From contig DASTXL010000001.1 in assembly GCA_035758565.1 (NCBI GenBank), positions 11,242-75,241 of the forward strand: a stretch of 64,000 bases of DNA, written 5' to 3'. Shown here in pieces: positions 1-7,667 of this stretch (its first letter is position 1; each line of letters starts with the position of its first letter). Under the pieces are notes generated by a model that did no database searches, was not told where the DNA came from, and saw nothing but the letters and a program-made list of their open reading frames with translations. This DNA comes from Candidatus Saccharimonadales bacterium. GTDB taxonomy: Bacteria > Patescibacteriota > Saccharimonadia > Saccharimonadales > UBA10212. The position numbers and the translations under genes are program-made.

Positions 1-1
1 A

Positions 2-619
2 ATAAAGGTTACCTTAAAGGTTCCGGCCAATGCCACGCCGGGCGGCTATTATGGTGCCGTACGTTTTGCGCCCGTTCATGGCGGCGTGACCGGACCGTCT
101 AACCTATCTTTGACCGCCAGCGTTGGCACACTTTTCTTAATTACTGTGCCCGGCAATCTGACAGAAAAGCTTACAGCTGTTAGTTTTCAGGCTACAAAAA
201 ATGGTAACCCAGGCAGCTTCTTCAACAGCGGCCCGATAGCCGTAACTACTCGCTTAAAGAACGAAGGCAACATTCACGTTCAGCCTTTTGGCAAAATTGT
301 GGTTAAGAACACTTTTGGCAAAACGGTTTACACCGCCGAACTCAATGATACGCAGCCCCGCGGCAATGTTCTGCCAGACAGTATTAGAAAATTTAATAAC
401 CCAATCAATGTTAAGCATCTTTTAGGCAAGTACACAGTTGAAGGTAACTTTGCCTATGGCAGCAACGGTGACATAGTCAGCGTTAAAACCACTTTTTACG
501 TAATTCCTTACGTGCTAATAATCATTATCTTAGCTATTCTGTTATTCCTGATCTTTGTTCTGCCTAAGTTGATCAAAGCTTACAACCGACGAATAATCGA
601 AAAAGCCAAGAAGCATTAG
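2..619 (+). CDS. Cell-surface protein, 5' end cut by window edge (DUF916/DUF3324-like), C-terminal membrane anchor
   Basis: The frame is open from nt 2 with no stop before the listed ORF at 86. The upstream part translates to IKVTLKVPANATPGGYYGAVRF, typical of DUF916-type surface proteins. There is a hydrophobic C-terminal helix (VIPYVLIIIILAILLFLIFVL) followed by a basic tail. Confidence 0.5.
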   Translation: MKVTLKVPANATPGGYYGAVRFAPVHGGVTGPSNLSLTASVGTLFLITVPGNLTEKLTAVSFQATKNGNPGSFFNSGPIAVTTRLKNEGNIHVQPFGKIVVKNTFGKTVYTAELNDTQPRGNVLPDSIRKFNNPINVKHLLGKYTVEGNFAYGSNGDIVSVKTTFYVIPYVLIIIILAILLFLIFVLPKLIKAYNRRIIEKAKKH

Positions 620-644
620 CTAGCGGCTTAAGGCTTAAGCATAT

Positions 645-650
645 TACAAT
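645..650 (+). promoter_or_regulatory. -10 box TACAAT, 7 nt upstream of ATG 658 (leaderless-type)
   Basis: TACAAT hexamer at 645-650. GTG is at 655 and ATG at 658. No Shine-Dalgarno sequence lies between. Confidence 0.45.
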
Positions 651-654
651 ATAG

Positions 655-1548
655 GTGATGAAGCGCAGACTACTGCTTTGCCTGGTATTGGTTTCGAGCG
701 TGTTTATAGCCGCCGAGGCTTTGGCAGCGGCTCCGCCGGCTACTAATCCTCAGAATGGAGGTATTGGCGTGGGCGGTCGGATTCCTAGTTCTGCTCCAAA
801 CCAAGCCCCAACGATCACCACGCCGGCCAACGGCGCGTCATTTACTACGCTGCCAATCAGAGTTGCCGGACTTTGCAACAGCAGCTATCTAGTCGAAATT
901 TTTAAAAATAATGTGTTCTCCGGGTCCACGCAGTGTGCAAATAGCAGCTACAGTCTGCAAATCGATTTGTTTAGCGGCAAGAACGACCTGGTGGCCAAAC
1001 AGTTCGACGACCTTAATCAAGGCAGCCCGGATTCCAGCATGGTTAGCGTTAACTTCAACGACCAAATCGCTGCTTCTGGTCCGCGCATCTCTCTTACGAC
1101 TGCCTACGCCAAGCGCGGCGCCGACCCAAACGCCGAGCTTAGTTGGCCGCTTACTCTAAGCGGGGGTACGCAGCCTTACGCTGTTGAAGTCGATTGGGGT
1201 GATGGCTCGGACTCACAGCTTTTAAGCGAAAAATTCGCCGGCGATTTTAATATTTCTCACACCTACCAACAGTCTGGTAGCTACAATGTCACCATTAAAG
1301 CCTCGGATGCCAGCGAACAGGCGGCGTTCTTGCAGGTTGTGGCTATCGCTAACGGCAAACCTCAGCAGAGCACGTCAACTTCATCCGGATCTGCCAGTTC
1401 TAGTTCGAATAATAGTACTGCAGCCCAAGTCTACTGGCCGCCAATCGTGGTTTTGGCTGTTATAGTACCGGCGGCGTTTTGGCTAGGTAGCCGCCACCAG
1501 ATGTCTTCTATAAAGTCCAAACTTCGTCAAGGCAATCATCCTTTTTAG
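655..1548 (+). CDS. Secreted PKD-domain surface protein with C-terminal TM anchor
   Basis: Signal peptide MKRRLLLCLVLVSSVFIAAEALA. PKD-like motif VEVDWGDGS...HTYQQSGSYNVTIKASD. Ser-rich linker and a C-terminal hydrophobic helix. The true start may be ATG 658. Confidence 0.65.
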   Translation: MMKRRLLLCLVLVSSVFIAAEALAAAPPATNPQNGGIGVGGRIPSSAPNQAPTITTPANGASFTTLPIRVAGLCNSSYLVEIFKNNVFSGSTQCANSSYSLQIDLFSGKNDLVAKQFDDLNQGSPDSSMVSVNFNDQIAASGPRISLTTAYAKRGADPNAELSWPLTLSGGTQPYAVEVDWGDGSDSQLLSEKFAGDFNISHTYQQSGSYNVTIKASDASEQAAFLQVVAIANGKPQQSTSTSSGSASSSSNNSTAAQVYWPPIVVLAVIVPAAFWLGSRHQMSSIKSKLRQGNHPF

Positions 1549-1576
1549 CGACTCGCCTACTTTTTTCCCTTATTTT

Positions 1577-1585
1577 TGCTAAAAT
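1577..1585 (+). promoter_or_regulatory. Extended -10 promoter TGcTAAAAT, 7 nt upstream of mnmA ATG
   Basis: TGCTAAAAT at 1577-1585 and ATG at 1593. There is no SD. Confidence 0.5.
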
Positions 1586-1592
1586 AACAGAG

Positions 1593-2720
1593 ATGAAGAC
1601 TGTCTTTGTGGGCCTTTCCGGCGGAGTTGATAGCTCTGTTACTGCCGCTTTGCTTAAAGAGCAAGGCTATAACGTCGTGGGCGTTTACATGAAGAACTGG
1701 AGCCAGGACTTGCCTGGCATGCCGTGCCCGTGGCGCGAAGATTTTACCGATGCCAAGCGCGTAGCTGTCCAACTGGGCATTGATTTTAAAATGTACGATT
1801 TTGAAAAAGACTATAAACACAAAGTCGTCGATTATATGCTCGATGAGTTCAAAGCCGGCAGAACGCCTAACCCGGACATCATGTGCAATCAGGAGATTAA
1901 ATTTAAATTATTTTTGGATACCGCGCTGGAAGATGGCGCCGATCTAGTCGCAACCGGCCACTATGCCAAAACTAAAGACGGGCGGCTATTCATGGCCAAG
2001 GACGCTAATAAAGACCAAACCTATTTTTTGTATCGGGTAACCAGCGAAGCTTTAGAAAAAACGTTGTTCCCGCTGGGCGATTTGACCAAGCCAGAGGTCA
2101 GGGAACTGGCTAAAAAGTTCGGGCTGGTGACGGCCACTAAAAAAGAAAGCATGGGCATTTGTTTTGTCGGCAAAGTCGGGATTAAAGAATTTTTAATGCA
2201 GTACGCCGAGCAAAAGCCGGGCGCGATCATTGACCAAAAAGGGAGAGAAATCGGCCAGCACGACGGCGCTATTTTTTACACCATCGGCCAGCGCCATGGT
2301 CTGGAAGTTGGCGGCGGCCTGCCGTATTACGTCGTTGGTAAAGACATGAAAAAGAATGAGATTTATGTCACAACTGACCTGCAGGATGAAAAACTCTGGA
2401 GCAACCAAATCAACCTAATCGATGTTCACTGGATCGCACCTAACCCCTTAAAAGATGATACCCTGAGTAAGGTCTCACCTTACTCAGGGTTACACCCTGT
2501 GGAGGGCGGGCAGGGACTTATGGTGCGGACTCGCCACCGCGCAAAATTAATACCGGTCAAAAATCTCAAACCTCTCACAAGGTCGGGCCTTACTATAAGG
2601 CCCGACCTTGTGAGAGAGTGGACGGCCGAGATGGGAGAAGATGTCCGCGCTCTAACGCCGGGCCAATCAGCTGTCTTCTATACCGGTGTTGAAGTCTTGG
2701 GCGGCGGCATCGTTGTTTAA
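1593..2720 (+). CDS. mnmA: tRNA 2-thiouridine(34) synthase MnmA
   Basis: N-terminal PP-loop VFVGLSGGVDSSV. Conserved C-terminus ALTPGQSAVFY..LGGGIV. The whole length reads as MnmA-like. The C-terminal barrel carries two palindromic in-frame insertions (see repeats). Confidence 0.9.
   Translation: MKTVFVGLSGGVDSSVTAALLKEQGYNVVGVYMKNWSQDLPGMPCPWREDFTDAKRVAVQLGIDFKMYDFEKDYKHKVVDYMLDEFKAGRTPNPDIMCNQEIKFKLFLDTALEDGADLVATGHYAKTKDGRLFMAKDANKDQTYFLYRVTSEALEKTLFPLGDLTKPEVRELAKKFGLVTATKKESMGICFVGKVGIKEFLMQYAEQKPGAIIDQKGREIGQHDGAIFYTIGQRHGLEVGGGLPYYVVGKDMKKNEIYVTTDLQDEKLWSNQINLIDVHWIAPNPLKDDTLSKVSPYSGLHPVEGGQGLMVRTRHRAKLIPVKNLKPLTRSGLTIRPDLVREWTAEMGEDVRALTPGQSAVFYTGVEVLGGGIVV
2460..2490. repeat. Perfect 13-bp-stem palindrome inside mnmA (ACCCTGAGTAAGG tctca CCTTACTCAGGGT)
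   Basis: Read directly from the sequence. It lies in a segment that is extra relative to E. coli MnmA as I recall it. Confidence 0.9.
2572..2616. repeat. Perfect 18-bp-stem palindrome inside mnmA (CTCTCACAAGGTCGGGCC ttactataa GGCCCGACCTTGTGAGAG)
   Basis: Read directly. 45 nt equals 15 codons, in frame, encoding LTRSGLTIRPDLVRE. Confidence 0.9.
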
Positions 2721-2735
2721 TTAAGACGTTACCTC

Positions 2736-2744
2736 TGTTAAAAT
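2736..2744 (+). promoter_or_regulatory. Extended -10 promoter TGtTAAAAT, 7 nt upstream of ATG 2752
   Basis: TGTTAAAAT at 2736-2744 and ATG at 2752. Confidence 0.45.
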
Positions 2745-2751
2745 TGAACGC

Positions 2752-3090
2752 ATGAACGAACATGAGCGGGAATCCGCGCCAGAATACCCTTTAATACCAG
2801 GTAACCCCACAGAAAGACCCATAAAGCAGGGTCAAATTTGGCGACATAAGGACGGCGGAGCATATAGCATCGACGAAGTTGACGAAGAACCGCACGATAC
2901 AACATTATATGAAGCTTTCGGTATTCTTGGCAGGACTGTTCATTATACTCAACTAGATCAAGGCAGTTTTCCGCCGGGCTACAAATGGGAGAAAAATGAC
3001 CACGCTTTCGTGGGGAAGGTTATGATTAACGGACAAGAAGTAGAAATATTTACCCTAGAGCAGGATGTTGATGACAGCGCAGGAAATTAG
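2752..3090 (+). CDS. Hypothetical small acidic protein (weakly DUF1653-like)
   Basis: 112-aa ORF with a leaderless-type promoter. The motif WRHKDGGAYSI...VHYTQLD is reminiscent of DUF1653. It overlaps the alaS start by about 20 nt. Confidence 0.45.
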   Translation: MNEHERESAPEYPLIPGNPTERPIKQGQIWRHKDGGAYSIDEVDEEPHDTTLYEAFGILGRTVHYTQLDQGSFPPGYKWEKNDHAFVGKVMINGQEVEIFTLEQDVDDSAGN

Positions 3091-4990
3091 GCAGAAATAT
3101 CTGGATTATTTTAAGGATAAAGACCACGCCATTGTGCCGCGGGCACTGTTGGTGCCGCAGAACGACCCGACGACGCTATTTACCGGCTCCGGCATGCAGC
3201 CGATGATCCCGTACTTGCTGGGAGAATCACATCCTGGTGGCAAAAGGCTGGTCAATAGTCAGCCTTGCTTACGTGTCCAAGATATAGAAGAGGTGGGCAA
3301 TAGTAAACACACTACTTTTTTTGAAATGCTTGGTAATTGGAGTTTGGGCGATTATTTCAAAAAAGAACAAATCAAATACTTCAGCGACTTTATTTTTGAT
3401 GAACTAAAACTAGAGCCGGATAAGGTTTACGTAAGCTGCTACATCGGCAACGAAAAGTTCGGAATTCCGCGGGACGACGAAGCTATCGAATGTTGGCAGC
3501 AAGCTTTTAAAGAACGAGGCGTTGATGCCAAGGTGGTAGAAATCGGTGCTGCCAGCCGGGGTGCGGAAGTAGGTATGCAGGGCGGCCGGATATTCTTGTA
3601 CGACGGTAAAGAAAATTGGTGGAGCCGGAATGGTGATGAAAACGGTACGCCGGTTGGTGACCCGTGCGGCCCGGACAGCGAAGTGTTTTATGATTTTGGT
3701 GAAGAACTTCATGACGAACAGGAATGGGGCAAGGCCCATCCGGCCAGTGATTCTCCACGCTTTTTAGAAATCGGCAACAATGTGTTCATGGCTTACAAAA
3801 AAACTGTCAGCGGATTTGAAAAACTGCCAGCCACGAATGTTGACTTTGGGGCTGGCCTAGAAAGAATCGCGGCTGCAGTTAACGGCCACCACGATGTTTA
3901 CCGAATTAGCTTAATTTGGCCAATCATTGAAAAACTAGAAGAGTTATCAGGCAAGAAATACGAAAGCCACACTGAAAGTATGCGCGTAATTGCGGACCAT
4001 TTACGAGGAGCCACATTTTTGGCAGTAGATGGCGTAACACCCAGCAACAAGCAGCAGGGTTATGTCATGCGCCGCTTACTGCGCCGGGCGATCCGCTACG
4101 CTTTTGAACTAGGCATCGAGCAGGACCTGTGCGAGCAGGTGGCGCCGATAATTATTGATTTATATAAACCCGATTTTCCGGAAGTCGACGAGCGCGAAAA
4201 GCAAGTCCTTGAAGTATTTACGCGCGAAGAAAAAATTTTCCGCCAGACTCTGCGCAAAGGCCTGCTTGAATTTAATAAACTACTCGGGTCAGCTTTTCCG
4301 GCATCATATCCAATGGCAATCGGCGGCAAAAAACCACTAACGGGAGAGTTAATTTTCAGACTTTATGATACTTTCGGTTTTCCGGTGGAATTAACAAAAG
4401 AAGAGGCGTTCAAGAGAGGCATTCAAATTGCTAATGGAGCTGACGAAGACTTTGAAAAGCTGATGGAAGAACAACGCAAGCGCTCCCAGACGGCTAGCGC
4501 CGGGATGTTCAAAGGCGGCCTAGCCGACCATTCTGAGCAGGTTATTAAGTATCACACCGCCACACATTTGATGTACCAAGCGCTCAAAAATGTTTTGGGC
4601 GACCACGTCGTGCAGCGCGGCAGCAACATTACAGCCGAACGCCTGCGTTTTGACTTTAGCCACCCAGAAAAAGTCAGCCGCGAACAGCTAGACAAAGTCG
4701 AAAAAATCGTGAATGAAAAAATCGCCGAAGATTTGCCAGTCAGCTGGCAAGAAGAAAAGACCGAAGAAGCCTTCAAAAAAGGCGCGTCTGGTGCCTTTGG
4801 CGACAAATATGGCGATACGGTCAAAGTCTATACCATCGGGGATCCGGCTAAGCCGTTCAGCCGCGAAATCTGCGGCGGCCCGCATGTTGAGCACACCGGC
4901 GTGATCGGCGAAGGCGGCAAAAAATTCAAAATCATAAAAGAAGAAGGTTCTAGCGCCGGCGTCCGCCGCATCAAAGCAGTACTGCAATGA
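3065..4990 (+). CDS. alaS: Alanyl-tRNA synthetase, short form ending after the editing domain
   Basis: N-terminus MTAQEIRQKYLDYFKDKDHAIVP..LFTGSGMQP. Editing-domain motifs HTATHLM and CGGPHV. The protein ends ...SSAGVRRIKAVLQ with no C-Ala domain. The start is probably ATG 3071. Confidence 0.9.
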   Translation: MLMTAQEIRQKYLDYFKDKDHAIVPRALLVPQNDPTTLFTGSGMQPMIPYLLGESHPGGKRLVNSQPCLRVQDIEEVGNSKHTTFFEMLGNWSLGDYFKKEQIKYFSDFIFDELKLEPDKVYVSCYIGNEKFGIPRDDEAIECWQQAFKERGVDAKVVEIGAASRGAEVGMQGGRIFLYDGKENWWSRNGDENGTPVGDPCGPDSEVFYDFGEELHDEQEWGKAHPASDSPRFLEIGNNVFMAYKKTVSGFEKLPATNVDFGAGLERIAAAVNGHHDVYRISLIWPIIEKLEELSGKKYESHTESMRVIADHLRGATFLAVDGVTPSNKQQGYVMRRLLRRAIRYAFELGIEQDLCEQVAPIIIDLYKPDFPEVDEREKQVLEVFTREEKIFRQTLRKGLLEFNKLLGSAFPASYPMAIGGKKPLTGELIFRLYDTFGFPVELTKEEAFKRGIQIANGADEDFEKLMEEQRKRSQTASAGMFKGGLADHSEQVIKYHTATHLMYQALKNVLGDHVVQRGSNITAERLRFDFSHPEKVSREQLDKVEKIVNEKIAEDLPVSWQEEKTEEAFKKGASGAFGDKYGDTVKVYTIGDPAKPFSREICGGPHVEHTGVIGEGGKKFKIIKEEGSSAGVRRIKAVLQ

Positions 4991-5616
4991 GCAAAGATCT
5001 AATCGCCTCGATAGCCGGCGGTATATCAATAATTTTCGCGACTTGGGCGGCAGTGCCTTACATTCTCTCTATCTTGCGCGGCAGGACTAAGCCGCACCAA
5101 ATGACCTGGCTGGTTTTCAGCATTATGAACGGAGTAGTCTTTCTAAGCCAATACCTCAAGGGCGCCAGAGCTAGCGTGCTGCTTTATATCGTCTGGTTCT
5201 TCTCCAGCACGATTATATTTCTGCTGTCTTTAAAGTTTGGGTTGCGAAACACCTCGCGTCTGGACCGCACTTTATTTAGCTTAAGCCTGCTGACGATTGT
5301 GGCTTGGGCTTTAACCAAAAATCCGTCGGTGGCAATTTGGCTGACGGTTTTTATAGACATTTTTGCTACCAGCATGATGCTGCTCAAAATTCGCGCCCAT
5401 CCCGACTCCGAAGAAGTTTTTCCATGGATAATTGGCACGATAGCCTACATATTCACAGTAATTTCTCTTATCAATAAATCTTTCGGGATACTATATGTCC
5501 GGCCAATTTACGGACTCATATCGGAGGCCGCTATTCCGATTTATATACTTTACCTAGCTAAGACCGGCGGCCAAAGCAATAAAAAAAGGCCTTCCGGCCT
5601 CAACATTCAAGTGTGA
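4987..5616 (+). CDS. Polytopic membrane protein, unknown function
   Basis: 209 aa with about 6 hydrophobic helices. Its start overlaps the alaS stop (ATGA). Confidence 0.55.
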   Translation: MSKDLIASIAGGISIIFATWAAVPYILSILRGRTKPHQMTWLVFSIMNGVVFLSQYLKGARASVLLYIVWFFSSTIIFLLSLKFGLRNTSRLDRTLFSLSLLTIVAWALTKNPSVAIWLTVFIDIFATSMMLLKIRAHPDSEEVFPWIIGTIAYIFTVISLINKSFGILYVRPIYGLISEAAIPIYILYLAKTGGQSNKKRPSGLNIQV

Positions 5617-5620
5617 TTCT

Positions 5621-5664
5621 GAGAGGGGCGCCGGTGAAGGCGCCGCCTCTCTGCAGGATTTTTT
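5621..5664 (+). terminator. GC-rich hairpin plus T-run downstream of the 4987..5616 gene
   Basis: GAGAGGGGCGCC ggtgaa GGCGCCGCCTCTC, then TTTTTT at 5659-5664. A 7-nt gap separates stem and T-run, so it is sub-optimal. Confidence 0.4.
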
Positions 5665-5714
5665 CATCGGCCCTGCTTGGCCGGTGGAGCTAGGAGTCGG
5701 GCATCTGGTAGTTG

Positions 5715-6146
5715 TTACGCCACACGTCGGAGCGGGTTCGTGTCCTTACCTACTTGCTCGCTGTCCTCGTTCCAGAAGGAGGAGGAGGTCAGCGCGACGA
5801 ACGTCGCCAGGCCGAACACCAGGCTGGTGAGGCCGAAGACGATGTAGCCGATCCTGAAGGCGGGCACGCAGGCCATCATCTCCACGATGGAGACGATGAT
5901 GTACAACGAGAACGTGTAGCCGTTGTCCTCGACCTCGAACCAGTGCGCGACGAACCACATCAGCAGTCCGACGAACACCTCGGCGACGAGGATCCAGGCA
6001 AGCTCGCCGCTGGCTAGCGGCCAGAAGAGCTTGTCGTGCCACGGGATCTGGTAGGCCACGAAGTGGCCGATGGCGGCGCGGTAGTCGTTGACCAGCAGTG
6101 CCGCGAGAACACCCGCGAAGACGGCAGAGAAAAGCTTGAACTTCAT
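5715..6146 (-). CDS. Small 4-TM membrane protein on a high-GC islet, unknown function
   Basis: GGGAGG SD lies 7 nt upstream of ATG 6146 (MKFKLFSAVFAGVLAALL...). The protein has hydrophobic helices and GC3-rich codons. The competing frames are Arg/Pro-rich shadow ORFs. Confidence 0.6.
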   Translation of the reverse strand: MKFKLFSAVFAGVLAALLVNDYRAAIGHFVAYQIPWHDKLFWPLASGELAWILVAEVFVGLLMWFVAHWFEVEDNGYTFSLYIIVSIVEMMACVPAFRIGYIVFGLTSLVFGLATFVALTSSSFWNEDSEQVGKDTNPLRRVA

Positions 6147-6343
6147 TTGAAGCAACCTCCCTGGAGAAGTGACATTTGCCAAAGGCAAGCAAATAACTAA
6201 GTATTTAGCGATCTATCTGCCCCTGGCAATAACTAGCTCTAAGTTGTAACGTGCGTCCAACCACCTCTAGCGATTGAACGGACATATAATAGCACTTATG
6301 TTTAGTTTTGTCAATATCATAACCGCTTTCGACAAGAGTAATG

Positions 6344-6352
6344 TGCTATAAT
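6344..6352 (+). promoter_or_regulatory. Extended -10 promoter TGcTATAAT, 10 nt upstream of ftsA ATG
   Basis: TGCTATAAT at 6344-6352 and ATG at 6363. Confidence 0.5.
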
Positions 6353-6362
6353 TTAGCCGATT

Positions 6363-7667
6363 ATGCTTGATAAAGCCAAAGGGCTCACCGACCTAAAAAA
6401 CAAACTACCTAAGCCAGCCAAAAATACAAAAAGTGGGCAGGTGGGACAGTATTTGGTGGGGTTAGATATTGGCACCGAGTACGTCAAGGCGCTGGTTGGC
6501 CGGGTAGTTGGAAATGAAGTGCAAATTATTGGGGTAGGCCGCGCCCACCAAGAACTGGCCGACATGCAGGCTGGCGCCATTGCCGACATCGCCGCGGTGA
6601 CTGCTAACTGCGACAAAGCTCTAGCAATTGCCGAGCAGCAGGCGGGGGTTAGCGCCCGCACGGCTGTGATAGGAATTGCCGGCGAACTCGTCAAGGGCAC
6701 CACGAGCACGGTTCGCTTCAGCCGTAAGAACTCTACAAAGGAAATCGACGTCGACGAGATGAGCCGTATTATTGAGCTTGTCCAAGAGCGCGCCGAAGCT
6801 AAGGCTCGGCGCGATCTAGCCTGGGAATTGGGCGGCAAAAACGTAGAAGTTCGCTTAGTAAACAGCGCGCTTGTGCGCATAGATATCGATGGCTACAAAG
6901 TGACTAACCCAGTGGGCTTTCAGGGTAAAGATGTGCTGGTAGAAATGTATACCGCCTTTGCGCCAATGATTCATATTGGAGCCTTAGAGCGTACGGCTGC
7001 TGAGTTAGACCTGGATCTTCTGGCTGTGGCCGCCGAGCCATTTGCTGTAGCTCGTAGTGTGGTGGGTGACGATCCCAACGGATCGGTCAGCGCTGTTTTG
7101 ATGGATGTGGGCGGCGGTACTACCGATATTGCCGTAGTTAACGAGGGCGGCGTGGAGGGAACTAAAATGTTTGGGATTGGCGGCCGGGCTTTTACCCATG
7201 CTATCGAACGAGAATTGGATGTTGATTTTGTAAAGGCCGAAAGCCTGAAGCTTGGCCTCGATACTGGCAAGGTTAGCACGGCCCATCGGGCACCAATCGA
7301 AAAAGCTTTGAATAAAACCCTGAATGTCTGGACCAGCGGTGTAGAGTTAGCTCTAGCCGAGTTTAATAAATTAGACCATCTGCCGCACAGAGTTCTGCTT
7401 TGTGGCGGCGGTTCTAGTTTGGAAGCTTTGATGCAGCGTTTAGAAGAAAGCGATTGGTACAAAAGCCTGCCGTTTACTAAAAGGCCGGCTGTTCAGCATA
7501 TCCAACCCGATGAAGTTGTTGGCATAACAGATACTACTGGCGATATAACAGATCACACATTTATAACGGCGATGGGTTTGCTCAGAGTTGGGCTAGATAC
7601 TCTTAGTTCAGACGACAGCGATGGCGGTGGTATCCGCGGTAAACTTAACAAGGTCTTAAAAGTATGA
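6363..7667 (+). CDS. ftsA: Cell division protein FtsA (actin-like ATPase)
   Basis: Phosphate-1 motif LVGLDIGTEYVKALVG, VLMDVGGGTTDIAV, and LLCGGGSSLEAL. Length and order of motifs fit FtsA; PilM is not excluded. Confidence 0.65.
   Translation: MLDKAKGLTDLKNKLPKPAKNTKSGQVGQYLVGLDIGTEYVKALVGRVVGNEVQIIGVGRAHQELADMQAGAIADIAAVTANCDKALAIAEQQAGVSARTAVIGIAGELVKGTTSTVRFSRKNSTKEIDVDEMSRIIELVQERAEAKARRDLAWELGGKNVEVRLVNSALVRIDIDGYKVTNPVGFQGKDVLVEMYTAFAPMIHIGALERTAAELDLDLLAVAAEPFAVARSVVGDDPNGSVSAVLMDVGGGTTDIAVVNEGGVEGTKMFGIGGRAFTHAIERELDVDFVKAESLKLGLDTGKVSTAHRAPIEKALNKTLNVWTSGVELALAEFNKLDHLPHRVLLCGGGSSLEALMQRLEESDWYKSLPFTKRPAVQHIQPDEVVGITDTTGDITDHTFITAMGLLRVGLDTLSSDDSDGGGIRGKLNKVLKV

Noticed and set aside
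5712-6192. ORFs 5712..6017(+) and 5746..6192(-)
   Set aside because: They are alternative frames of the high-GC islet with Arg/Gly/Asp-rich nonsense-like translations. The hydrophobic frame with a GGGAGG SD was preferred.
6353-7462. Antisense ORFs 6353..6880(-), 6971..7462(-), 7005..7286(-) within ftsA
   Set aside because: They are opposite a well-supported ftsA frame. The translations are Ser/Ala/Arg-rich with no start signals.
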